From NCBI GenBank assembly GCA_963837135.1, contig CAWILV010000004.1, positions 487,026-551,025 of the forward strand: DNA of 64,000 nucleotides. Direction: 5' to 3'. Under the pieces are notes generated by a model. That model was not told the origin of the DNA, searched no databases, and saw only the letters and a list, made by a program, of their open reading frames with translations. Made by a program: the position numbers and the translations under genes. Of the stretch, positions 54,709 through 63,036 are shown in pieces. Numbering within the stretch: position 1 is the first letter of the stretch; every line of letters starts with the position of its first letter. The DNA is from an uncultured Solirubrobacterales bacterium (GTDB lineage: Bacteria; Actinomycetota; Thermoleophilia; Solirubrobacterales; Solirubrobacteraceae).

Positions 54709-57009
54709 ATGTCCACAGCCGCAACAGTCACGAGGAACCCCGATGACCTGATCGCGGATGCCCGCCATTCCGTCTCAGGTGGCCCGCCGGCGTTTGGATC
54801 GACGAGATATCTGAATTGGCAGGAGATGTTGGAGGCGCCGGTGCGCTGGCCGCGGCCCTCGCGGCTGGGAGCCCCGCTGGACGTGCCGCAAGCAGGCAAG
54901 CTGGCTGAGGGTTTGCGAGCACTGGGATTGACGAGCGTTGGCGCGCTGCTGGAGCACCTGCCGAGGGACATCCGCGAGGCGCGTACGGTGGCTGCGCTGA
55001 AGGTGGGCGAGCAGGCGACGGTTGCCGTGCAGGTGCGAAAGATCGGCGCGCATGCGGTGCGAAGACGCGGGATGAAGCCGCTGGTCGAAGCGACCGTGTT
55101 CGACGGGACGGGGAGCATGCGCGCGACGTTCTTCAACCAACCGTGGCTGGCGCAACGCTACGAGCCGGGAACACGTCTGGTGCTGCATGGCAAGACGACT
55201 GAGCGGGGAACGTTCAACGTCGCCCACCACGCACTGGGAGGGGATTTGAATGCCCACCTGACGAATGCCCACCCGACCCCGGATGCACCGGGCGAGATCG
55301 CCCACTATCCGGCAACCGAGGGCGTGAGCTCGACGCAGATCCTGGCGCTCGTCCAGGGCGTGAGGGGCGTCCTGCGGGACGTGCCCGAGACGCTCGGAGC
55401 GGCGACGAGAATGAGCGAGGGGCTCCCAGATCGCGGGGGCGCGCTCGCGGCAATGCACTTCCCGCGCGATGCGGAGGATCGCGAGAAGGGCCGTGAGCGA
55501 CTGGCATTCGATGAGCTGTTGTTGACGCAGTTGGTGTTCATGAGAAGACGCGAGCGGCGGGGGGAGAGCACGAGGGCGCACCTGTTGAACGAGCCGCCGG
55601 GGCTGAGCGAGCGCTGGTTGAAGGAGAGTTTGCCGTTCACGCTGACAGGAGATCAGCAGAGGGCGGTGGAGACGATCGGCAAAGAGCTGGCGAGCATCCG
55701 CCCGATGCAGCGGCTGCTGATGGGGGAGGTGGGCAGCGGCAAGACGGTCGTGGCGCTGTACGCGATGCTACGTGCGGTCGAGCACGGCCTGCAGGCTGCG
55801 CTGATGGCGCCGACGGAGACGCTCGCCGAGCAGCACTTCGCGACCCTGCAGCGACTGCTCGGCGCCGAGCCGGTGCCCGCCGCGCTGCTGAGCGGCTCGA
55901 CCCCGGCACGCCGTCGGACGGACCTGCTGGGCAAGCTCGCAAGCGGCGAGCTGGGGCTGATCGTCGGCACGCACGCGTTGATCGAGCCGGATGTGCGATT
56001 CCGTGCGCTGGCGGTGGCGGTGGTCGACGAGCAACATCGCTTCGGCGTGCGCCAGCGCGCGGCGCTGGACGAGAAGGGGTCCCAGGCGGCGGGAGGCGAG
56101 GGACTGATCGGGGAGCGGTCGGCGCCGCACGTGCTGCACATGACCGCCACGCCGATCCCGCGCACGCTGGCGCTGGCGCGCTACGGGGACCTCGACGTGA
56201 GCATGCTGCGCGAGCTGCCGCGAGGACGGCAGGCGATCCAGACGCGGATCGTCGCGGGCGAGCAGGCACGGGCGCGTGCCTACGAGGAAGTGCGCGAGCG
56301 GTGTGGTGAGGGCAGACAGGCATTCGTCGTGTGCCCGTTGGTCGAGGAAGCCGACTCGGCCGACCGGGGCTCCTCTGGGGTGGGCGCGGGCGGAGAAGTC
56401 GAGTTGAGAGCGGCGAGAGCGGAGTACGAGCGGCTGGCGAAAGGCGAGCTGGAGGGATTCGCGCTGGAGCTGCTGCACGGTGGGATGCGATCGCGCGAAA
56501 AGCAGGACGCGATGGTGAGGTTCGCGTCGGGCAAGGCAGACGTGCTGGTCGCGACGACCGTGATCGAGGTCGGGATCGACGTCGCGAACGCGACCGTGAT
56601 GTTGGTGGAGAACGCGGAGCGCTTCGGGCTGTCGCAGCTACACCAGCTGAGGGGGCGGATCGGCCGCGGCGAGCACCGTTCCAGCTGCCTTCTGGTCGAA
56701 TCCCACCCAACCCCGCCCGGCGCTCGGCGGCTACGCGCGATGGTTGAGCACTCCGACGGCTTCAGGCTGGCGGAGATCGATCTGGAGCTGCGTAACGAGG
56801 GGGAGTTGGTTGGCACCCGTCAATCGGGACTGCGCCAGTTCGAGATCGCGTGCCTACCCCAGGATGCGGCTCTGCTGGAGCGTGCACGCGCGCGGGCTGA
56901 GGTGATCGTCGCAACTGACCCCGGGTTGGAGGCACCTGAGCACGCACTGCTGGGCGAAGCACTCGAGCACGCCTTCGGCGCGGGGGCGTCGGAGCCGATC
57001 TCCGCGTGA
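54709..57009 (+). CDS. recG: ATP-dependent DNA helicase RecG
   Basis: Wedge/OB N-terminus and helicase motifs GEVGSGKT, DEQHRFG and HQLRGRIGRG. The N-terminal start is uncertain by about 40 aa. Confidence 0.92.
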   Translation: MSTAATVTRNPDDLIADARHSVSGGPPAFGSTRYLNWQEMLEAPVRWPRPSRLGAPLDVPQAGKLAEGLRALGLTSVGALLEHLPRDIREARTVAALKVGEQATVAVQVRKIGAHAVRRRGMKPLVEATVFDGTGSMRATFFNQPWLAQRYEPGTRLVLHGKTTERGTFNVAHHALGGDLNAHLTNAHPTPDAPGEIAHYPATEGVSSTQILALVQGVRGVLRDVPETLGAATRMSEGLPDRGGALAAMHFPRDAEDREKGRERLAFDELLLTQLVFMRRRERRGESTRAHLLNEPPGLSERWLKESLPFTLTGDQQRAVETIGKELASIRPMQRLLMGEVGSGKTVVALYAMLRAVEHGLQAALMAPTETLAEQHFATLQRLLGAEPVPAALLSGSTPARRRTDLLGKLASGELGLIVGTHALIEPDVRFRALAVAVVDEQHRFGVRQRAALDEKGSQAAGGEGLIGERSAPHVLHMTATPIPRTLALARYGDLDVSMLRELPRGRQAIQTRIVAGEQARARAYEEVRERCGEGRQAFVVCPLVEEADSADRGSSGVGAGGEVELRAARAEYERLAKGELEGFALELLHGGMRSREKQDAMVRFASGKADVLVATTVIEVGIDVANATVMLVENAERFGLSQLHQLRGRIGRGEHRSSCLLVESHPTPPGARRLRAMVEHSDGFRLAEIDLELRNEGELVGTRQSGLRQFEIACLPQDAALLERARARAEVIVATDPGLEAPEHALLGEALEHAFGAGASEPISA

Positions 57010-57551
57010 GGGTGATCGCCGGGCGCTGGGGCGGCAGGCTCCTGCAGGCGCCAAAGGGCAGCGTCATCACCCGGCCGACAGCCGATCGGGTGAAGGAGGC
57101 CGTCTTCTCGATGCTCGGCACGGTGGAGAACGAGCGCGTGCTCGACCTGTTCGCGGGCACCGGGGCGCTGGGGATCGAGGCGCTGTCGAGGGGGGCGAAG
57201 CAGGCCGTGTTCGTCGAGCGCGACGCCGCCGCGCTGGTGGCGCTGAGGGCCAATCTGGAGGGCCTTGGGCTCCGGGAGAGCGAGGCCGAGGTGCGCCGCG
57301 CTGAGGCGCTCGGCGCGCTGCGCGGTGCACGGAAGCACTCAGAGACGTACGATCTGGTGCTGATCGACCCTCCGTATAGGCGGGCGAGCGACTTGGGGGG
57401 CGAGCTGGCGCTGGCCCTTGAGTCGCTGCTCGAGCCGCAGGCGCGCGTGGTCGTCGAGAGCGATCACAGGGCGTCGCTGCAGCTGCCTTGGGAGCTCGAA
57501 AAGGAACGGCGCTATGGCGATACATCGATCACAATCCACCGGTACCAGTGA
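57006..57551 (+). CDS. rsmD: 16S rRNA (guanine966-N2)-methyltransferase
   Basis: MRVIAGRWGGRLL, DLFAGTGALGIEALSRG and DPPY motifs. GTGA overlap with recG. Confidence 0.9.
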   Translation: MRVIAGRWGGRLLQAPKGSVITRPTADRVKEAVFSMLGTVENERVLDLFAGTGALGIEALSRGAKQAVFVERDAAALVALRANLEGLGLRESEAEVRRAEALGALRGARKHSETYDLVLIDPPYRRASDLGGELALALESLLEPQARVVVESDHRASLQLPWELEKERRYGDTSITIHRYQ

Positions 57552-57576
57552 CCTCAATGACCTGCTTGGGTGAGCG

Positions 57577-58077
57577 ATGATGGCACGGGAGAAGTCGATC
57601 GTCGTGTGTCCGGGCTCGTATGACCCGATCACGAACGGCCACCTGGATGTGATCTTCAGGGCCGCTGAGTTGTACGACGAAGTCGTGGTGGCGGTCGTCA
57701 ATCGCTCGGTGCGCAAGGACAAGGCGCTGTTCGGGATCGACGAGCGGATGGGCTTTATCGAGCACGCGATCGCGGATCTGGACGGGGTGCGTGCCGAGCC
57801 GTTCAGCACGCTCGTGGTCGAATTCGCGCGGCATGTCGGGGCGAAGGCGATCGTGAAGGGATTGCGCGCGATCTCGGACTTCGAGTACGAGCTGGAGATG
57901 AACCAGCTCAACCGCCGGCAGGACCCGGAGATAGAGTCGGTTTACCTGATGGCCAGCCCGCAGTACAGTTTTCTTTCCTCCAGCGGCGTGAAGGAGCTCG
58001 CCACCTTCGGGGGCAGGATCGACGATCTCGTTCCCGGTGAGGTCGCGAGACGGTTGCAGGAAGAGCTGAAGCGCTGA
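57577..58077 (+). CDS. coaD: phosphopantetheine adenylyltransferase
   Basis: CPGSYDPITNGHLD (HxGH-type) and the ISDFEYE motif. 166 aa. Confidence 0.95.
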   Translation: MMAREKSIVVCPGSYDPITNGHLDVIFRAAELYDEVVVAVVNRSVRKDKALFGIDERMGFIEHAIADLDGVRAEPFSTLVVEFARHVGAKAIVKGLRAISDFEYELEMNQLNRRQDPEIESVYLMASPQYSFLSSSGVKELATFGGRIDDLVPGEVARRLQEELKR

Positions 58078-58093
58078 CGAACTTGGAGACGCA

Positions 58094-58558
58094 ATGGATG
58101 TCCTGGTACTCATAGACAAGCTCGACGATTTGGTGCACAACGCCAAATCTGTGCCGATGACCGATCAGGTCAGGGTGGACAAGGAGGAGATCTACGACAT
58201 CCTCGACCAGATGCGGGCGACGATCCCCGAGGAGATCAAGCAGGCGCGCTGGATCGTCAAGGAGCGCCAGGAGATGCTCGCAGAGGCCAAGAAGGAGGCC
58301 GAGCGGATCGTCAAGGAAGCGCGCGAGCGTCAGGAGAAGCTGGTCGGTGATGAGGAGGTCACCAAGCAGGCCGAGCGCGCCGCCGAGGACATCGTCGAGG
58401 ACGCCCGCACGCGCGAGCGCGAGATCCGCCTGGGCGCCGAGGACTACGCGGATGAGATCTTGAACACGCTCGAGGTCAATTTGTCGAAGTTCATCGCCGC
58501 CGTGCAACGCGGGCGCGAGCGCTTGCAGGGTAAGGACGAGCCCGCCGAAGTGAGTTAG
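58094..58558 (+). CDS. coiled-coil DivIVA/SepIVA-like protein (often mis-annotated as ATP synthase subunit b-like)
   Basis: 154 aa. The N-terminus LIDKLDDLVHNAKSVPMT...EEIYDILDQMRATIPEEI and the C-terminus YADEILNTLEVNLSKF resemble the mycobacterial Rv2927c/SepIVA family as I remember it. Confidence 0.55.
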   Translation: MDVLVLIDKLDDLVHNAKSVPMTDQVRVDKEEIYDILDQMRATIPEEIKQARWIVKERQEMLAEAKKEAERIVKEARERQEKLVGDEEVTKQAERAAEDIVEDARTREREIRLGAEDYADEILNTLEVNLSKFIAAVQRGRERLQGKDEPAEVS

Positions 58559-58589
58559 CTCCGGCGCGCGGGCGCGCGGCGCGTGGGCT

Positions 58590-60218
58590 TTGAGTACGCT
58601 GGCGCGCGTGAACGCTCCAGAGGCGAAGCACAAGCTGCACGTCGTCAAGACGCTGCTCGGCACCGGCATGATCCAGCCGACGCGCCCGGACAGGGCCGTG
58701 CGCTCGATCAGGGCGCTGCGCCGCTGGGGGCCGACGCCGGCGGCCGCGTACACGGGCTCGGCCGCGCGCTATCCAAACCGCGCGGCGATCGTCGACGAGC
58801 GGGGAACCCTGACGTTCGACGAGGTGCAGCGGCGCACGAATGCGCTCGCGTGGGGGCTGAAGGCAGAGGGAGTGGAAGAGGGCGACGGGGTGGCGATCAT
58901 GTGCCGCAACCACCGCGGGTTCATCGACGCGACGATCGCGTGCTCGAAGCTGGGCGCGAACTCGCTGTACCTGAATACGGCGTTCGCGGGCCCGCAGATC
59001 GCCGACGTCCTCAGGCGCGAGGACCCGAAGGCGCTGATCTACGACGAGGAGTTCGCTGACCTCGTGAGCGAGGGATGCGTGGGACGGAAATGCTTCGTCG
59101 CCTGGCGCGACCCCGACGAAACGCCCTCTGCGCCGCTGCTGGAGGAGCTGATCGCGAGAGAGACAGACTCCGAACTACAGCCTCCGAGCGAGAAGGGTCG
59201 CGTCGTGATCTTGACGTCGGGCACGACTGGGACGCCAAAGGGTGCGGCGCGCAAACAGCCTGAGTCGCTGGATCCGGCGGCGGCGCTGTTCTCGAAGATC
59301 CCGCTGAAGGCGAGAGAGACGACGATGATCGCCGCGCCCATGTTCCACTCGTGGGGCTTCGCGCACTTCACATTGGGCCTGCCGCTGGCGAGCACGCTGG
59401 TGCTACGCAGGCGCTTCGACCCCGAGGACACGCTGAGGGCGGTCGCACAACACCGCGCGAGCGCGCTGGCGGTTGTGCCAGTGATGCTGCAGAGGATTCT
59501 CGAGCTGCCGAAGGAGACGATCGCGCGATACGACACCCATGCGCTGCAGGTGATCGCCGTCAGCGGCTCGGCGTTGCCGGGCGAGCTGGCGACCCGCGCG
59601 ATGGACGTGTTCGGCGACGTGGTCTACAACCTTTACGGCTCGACCGAGGTGGCGTGGGCGACGATCGCCACGCCTGCGGACCTGCGCGCGGCGCCGGGGA
59701 CTGCGGGGAAGCCGCCGCTGGGGACGGTCGTGAAGCTGCTCGACGCGGAGGGGAATGAGGTCAAGCCGGGCGAGGGAGGCAGGATCTTCGTCGCGAACGA
59801 GCTGGTATTCGAAGGCTATACCGGCGGTGGCAGCAAGGAGATCGTCGGCGGCCTGATGAGCACCGGCGACGTCGGGCACTTCGACGCGGGCGGGCGCCTG
59901 TTCGTCGATGGGCGCGACGACGAGATGATCGTCTCAGGCGGCGAGAATGTGTTCCCGCGCGAGGTCGAGGACTTGCTGGCCGACAGCGAGCAGATCCAAG
60001 AGGCCGCCGTGATCGGCGTCGATGACGCTGAGTGGGGCCAGCGGCTGAAGGCGTTCGTCGTACCCCGCAACGGCGCGCAGCTGAGCGAGGACACGGTCAA
60101 GGACTACGTGAAGGAGAACCTCGCGAGATACAAGGTCCCGCGCGAGGTGGTGTTCCTGGACGAGCTGCCGCGGAACGCGACGGGCAAGGTGCTCAAGCGC
60201 GAGCTGCAGGAACACTGA
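58590..60218 (+). CDS. AMP-dependent acyl-CoA synthetase/ligase
   Basis: AMP-binding motif LTSGTTGTPKGA, YGSTE, TGD, and the C-terminal GKVLKREL. TTG start 58590; downstream ATG starts are possible. Confidence 0.88.
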   Translation: MSTLARVNAPEAKHKLHVVKTLLGTGMIQPTRPDRAVRSIRALRRWGPTPAAAYTGSAARYPNRAAIVDERGTLTFDEVQRRTNALAWGLKAEGVEEGDGVAIMCRNHRGFIDATIACSKLGANSLYLNTAFAGPQIADVLRREDPKALIYDEEFADLVSEGCVGRKCFVAWRDPDETPSAPLLEELIARETDSELQPPSEKGRVVILTSGTTGTPKGAARKQPESLDPAAALFSKIPLKARETTMIAAPMFHSWGFAHFTLGLPLASTLVLRRRFDPEDTLRAVAQHRASALAVVPVMLQRILELPKETIARYDTHALQVIAVSGSALPGELATRAMDVFGDVVYNLYGSTEVAWATIATPADLRAAPGTAGKPPLGTVVKLLDAEGNEVKPGEGGRIFVANELVFEGYTGGGSKEIVGGLMSTGDVGHFDAGGRLFVDGRDDEMIVSGGENVFPREVEDLLADSEQIQEAAVIGVDDAEWGQRLKAFVVPRNGAQLSEDTVKDYVKENLARYKVPREVVFLDELPRNATGKVLKRELQEH

Positions 60219-60252
60219 ATAGGTCCCGCCCGCCCACGCTAGCCTGGGAAGG

Positions 60253-60771
60253 GTGACCGCGAGAGCTGACGAATTCGACCTTGGCGGTCTGCGGCTGAGC
60301 GTCGGCGAGGGGCGGCGAATCGAGCTGAGCGTGCCGATCGAGCCGCTCGAGCTCGGTGGCGAGCAATACGAGATCGAGCCGGAAAGGGTACCGCTGCAAC
60401 TGGAGGTGTCGCGGATGACCGGCAGCGGATACGCGCTGAGGCTGCGATTGCAGGCGGCGCTGACGGGCCAATGCATGCGCTGTCTGAAGGCGGCGAGCCC
60501 CGCGGTCGAGGTGGAGGCGCGCGAGGTCGAGGTGCCGGGAGGGGGAGAGGAGCTGGAAAGCCCATACGTGGACGGCGAAAAGCTCGATCTGGCGGCGTGG
60601 GCGCGCGACGCGTTCGCACTGGCGGTGCCGGTGAAGGTGCTCTGCAGGGCGGACTGTGCAGGGCTGTGCCCGATCTGCGCGGCCGATCTGAACGAGGCCG
60701 GTTCCGAGCACCATCATGAGCAGGAGCCAGATCCGCGCTGGGCGAAGCTGAGCGAGCTGAAGTTGGAGTAG
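60253..60771 (+). CDS. yceD: DUF177 protein YceD (large ribosomal subunit accumulation factor)
   Basis: CMRCL...CRADCAGLCPICAADLN cysteine pattern. Position immediately upstream of rpmF. Confidence 0.85.
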   Translation: MTARADEFDLGGLRLSVGEGRRIELSVPIEPLELGGEQYEIEPERVPLQLEVSRMTGSGYALRLRLQAALTGQCMRCLKAASPAVEVEAREVEVPGGGEELESPYVDGEKLDLAAWARDAFALAVPVKVLCRADCAGLCPICAADLNEAGSEHHHEQEPDPRWAKLSELKLE

Positions 60772-60802
60772 GGCGCCTCAAGGCTGGTACCCTTCTCGGC
60801 CG

Positions 60803-61015
60803 ATGGCGGTACCCAAGAAAAAGCAATCGCACAGCCGCACCGCCAAGCGCCGCGCGCAGCACAAGATCGGCACGCCTGCGGTGAACGCATGCCCGAAATG
60901 CCACAGCCCCCGCAGGCCTCACAGGGTGTGTCCGGTGTGTGGCTCCTACGCGGGCAAGGAGGTCGTGGTGCAGAGCACGCACGACCACAGCGAGCACGAT
61001 CACGACCACGAGTAA
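60803..61015 (+). CDS. rpmF: 50S ribosomal protein L32 (Cys-containing form) with a His/Asp-rich C-terminal tail
   Basis: MAVPKKKQSHSR N-terminus, CPKC...CPVCG, and the tail STHDHSEHDHDHE. Confidence 0.93.
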   Translation: MAVPKKKQSHSRTAKRRAQHKIGTPAVNACPKCHSPRRPHRVCPVCGSYAGKEVVVQSTHDHSEHDHDHE

Positions 61016-61021
61016 GCGCCG

Positions 61022-62083
61022 GTGACCACGCCGGTCGTGGCGGTCGACTGCAATGGCGCTGACCTGGGTCCGGCCGAGGTCGCGGCCGGCGCAAGGCTGG
61101 CCGCGGCGCAGGGCGCGAGGGTCCTGCTGTTCGGGCCGGCGGAGGAGCTGGAAGTCATACCCCTGCGGGACGGCGTCGAGGTCGTGGACGCGCCGATCTC
61201 GATCGCCAAGAGCGCCGATCCGGTGAGTGCGGTGCGGGGGACGCCCGCGGCCTCGATCGTGCAGGCCGCGCGAGCGGTCGCGGAAGGTAGGGCGCAGGCA
61301 CTGGTGTGCGCGGGTGGCACGGGCGCGGCGCTCGCGGCGGGGCTGTTCAACGTCAAGCGTGCGCGGGGCATCTACCGCCCGGCGCTGGCGATTCCGCTGC
61401 CAATTCCGACTAATCCCGTGACGCTACTGGACGTAGGCGCCAACGCCGAGGCGCGGCGCGAGCATCTCGTGCAGTTCGCGTTTATGGGCGCGGCGCTGGC
61501 ACGGACGGTGCTCTGGGTGGAGCGCCCGCGCGTGGGGCTGCTGTCCAACGGCGAGGAGGCGGCCCGCGGAGGCAGGCTGATCGTGGAGACCGGCGAGGAG
61601 CTGGCCGAGAAGGCTGGGATCGGAGACGCGCTGGAGTTCGTCGGGAACGTCGAGGGGGGTGATGTGGTGAGCGGCGTGGCGGATGTAATCGTGACGGACG
61701 GGTTGACGGGGAACATCGCGCTGAAGCTGATGGAGGGGGTCTCACAGACGTTGCTCGGCGCGGTCAGGGACGCCGCGATGGCCTCGACGCGGGCGAAGTT
61801 GGGAGGTGTCCTGCTCCGCCCCGCGCTGCGGGAGGTACGCGACGAGCTCGACCCGGAGGAGCAGGGCGGCGCCTACCTGCTGGGACTGAGGAGCCTGGGG
61901 GTTGTGCCCCACGGGCGTTTTACGAGCAGGGGCTTTGCGCGAGCGATCATGCGCGCGGCGCAGGGCGCCGAGCAAGACCTCGTGGGGAAGACTCAGATCG
62001 CGCTCGAGCAGGCGGGAGCGCTGAGGGGTGGGGTGGGGAGGCCATCATCCGCCCAGCCAGCTAGCCTGCCGCAGACGAGATGA
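61022..62083 (+). CDS. plsX: phosphate acyltransferase PlsX
   Basis: VAVDCNGADLGP, SAGGTGA-like CAGGTGA, and DGLTGNIALK motifs. Confidence 0.9.
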   Translation: MTTPVVAVDCNGADLGPAEVAAGARLAAAQGARVLLFGPAEELEVIPLRDGVEVVDAPISIAKSADPVSAVRGTPAASIVQAARAVAEGRAQALVCAGGTGAALAAGLFNVKRARGIYRPALAIPLPIPTNPVTLLDVGANAEARREHLVQFAFMGAALARTVLWVERPRVGLLSNGEEAARGGRLIVETGEELAEKAGIGDALEFVGNVEGGDVVSGVADVIVTDGLTGNIALKLMEGVSQTLLGAVRDAAMASTRAKLGGVLLRPALREVRDELDPEEQGGAYLLGLRSLGVVPHGRFTSRGFARAIMRAAQGAEQDLVGKTQIALEQAGALRGGVGRPSSAQPASLPQTR

Positions 62084-62087
62084 CCCG

Positions 62088-62336
62088 ATGACCCGCGAGC
62101 AAGTCTTCACCTTGATCCAAGCCCATCTCGCCGACGAGCTGGACGTCGATCCGGAGAACATCGGTGGGGAAACCCGGTTCAAGGAGGATCTGGAGGCCGA
62201 TTCGCTCGACCTTTACACGCTCGTGCAGGAGCTGGAGGACACCTACGGCGTGGAGATGTCCGACGAGCAGGCGGCGAAGATCCTGACGGTGGGCCAGGCA
62301 GTGGACTTCGTCCTGGAAAACGGCACAGACGGCTGA
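62088..62336 (+). CDS. acpP: acyl carrier protein
   Basis: 82 aa. The phosphopantetheine attachment motif LEADSLDL. Start ATG 62088 inside track ORF 62028..62336. Confidence 0.92.
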   Translation: MTREQVFTLIQAHLADELDVDPENIGGETRFKEDLEADSLDLYTLVQELEDTYGVEMSDEQAAKILTVGQAVDFVLENGTDG

Positions 62337-62342
62337 TGTGCG

Positions 62343-63023
62343 ATGAAGCTGCTGGGCGAACTGCTCGACGAGCTGCCCGGGGAGCTACAGCGTCAGGTCT
62401 TCACACACGCGTCGTGGAGCGAGCGCTCCAGCGATTCGTATACGCGCTTGGCGTTTCTCGGGGACAGCGTGCTGGCGCTGGCCGTGACGACGCACCTCTA
62501 CCCGCGTCTGGAGGCGGAGCGGTTCGGGGCGGGCAGGCTGACAAAGATCCGCGCGCAGGCGGTATCGGGTGCATCGTGCAGGGTGGTGGCCGAGCGCTTG
62601 GAGGTACCGCGGCGTCTGCAAGCGGCCGCGCCGGCGGGGGTGGAGGCGAACGCGGCCGCGGCGCTCGTGGAGACCGAGCGGGTGCTGGCATCGGTGATCG
62701 AGGCGGTGATCGGAGCTTGCTACCTGGACGTGGGCTACGAGCGTACGGCGGCGGCGGTGGTCGAGGCGTTCGGGCCGGAGATCGAGCAGGCGTTGGAGCA
62801 CCCGCTGGACTTCAAGTCCGCGCTGCAGGAGCTGCTGGCGCGGCGCGGGGCCGAGGTGAGCTACAAGATCACCGGCGAAACCGGCCCGCCGCACGATCGG
62901 ACATTCGCGGTGGCGGCGAAGGTGGACGGACAGACACTGGGCAAGGGCCAAGGCAGAAGCAAGAAGCACGCCGAGCAGGAGGCTGCGCGCGAGGCCGTCG
63001 AGGGATTGGCAAGCGACGAATGA
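62343..63023 (+). CDS. rnc: ribonuclease III
   Basis: RNase III signature RLAFLGDSVL plus a C-terminal dsRBD (GPPHDRTF...GQGRSKKHAEQEAA). Confidence 0.93.
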   Translation: MKLLGELLDELPGELQRQVFTHASWSERSSDSYTRLAFLGDSVLALAVTTHLYPRLEAERFGAGRLTKIRAQAVSGASCRVVAERLEVPRRLQAAAPAGVEANAAAALVETERVLASVIEAVIGACYLDVGYERTAAAVVEAFGPEIEQALEHPLDFKSALQELLARRGAEVSYKITGETGPPHDRTFAVAAKVDGQTLGKGQGRSKKHAEQEAAREAVEGLASDE

Positions 63024-63036
63024 GATCGGTGAGCAG

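Noticed and set aside
58561-58589. The GC-only stretch CCGGCGCGCGGGCGCGCGGCGCG after the coiled-coil gene as a terminator hairpin.
   Set aside because: Only short GCGCGC self-complementary segments with a 2-4 nt loop can form. That is too weak and ambiguous to call.
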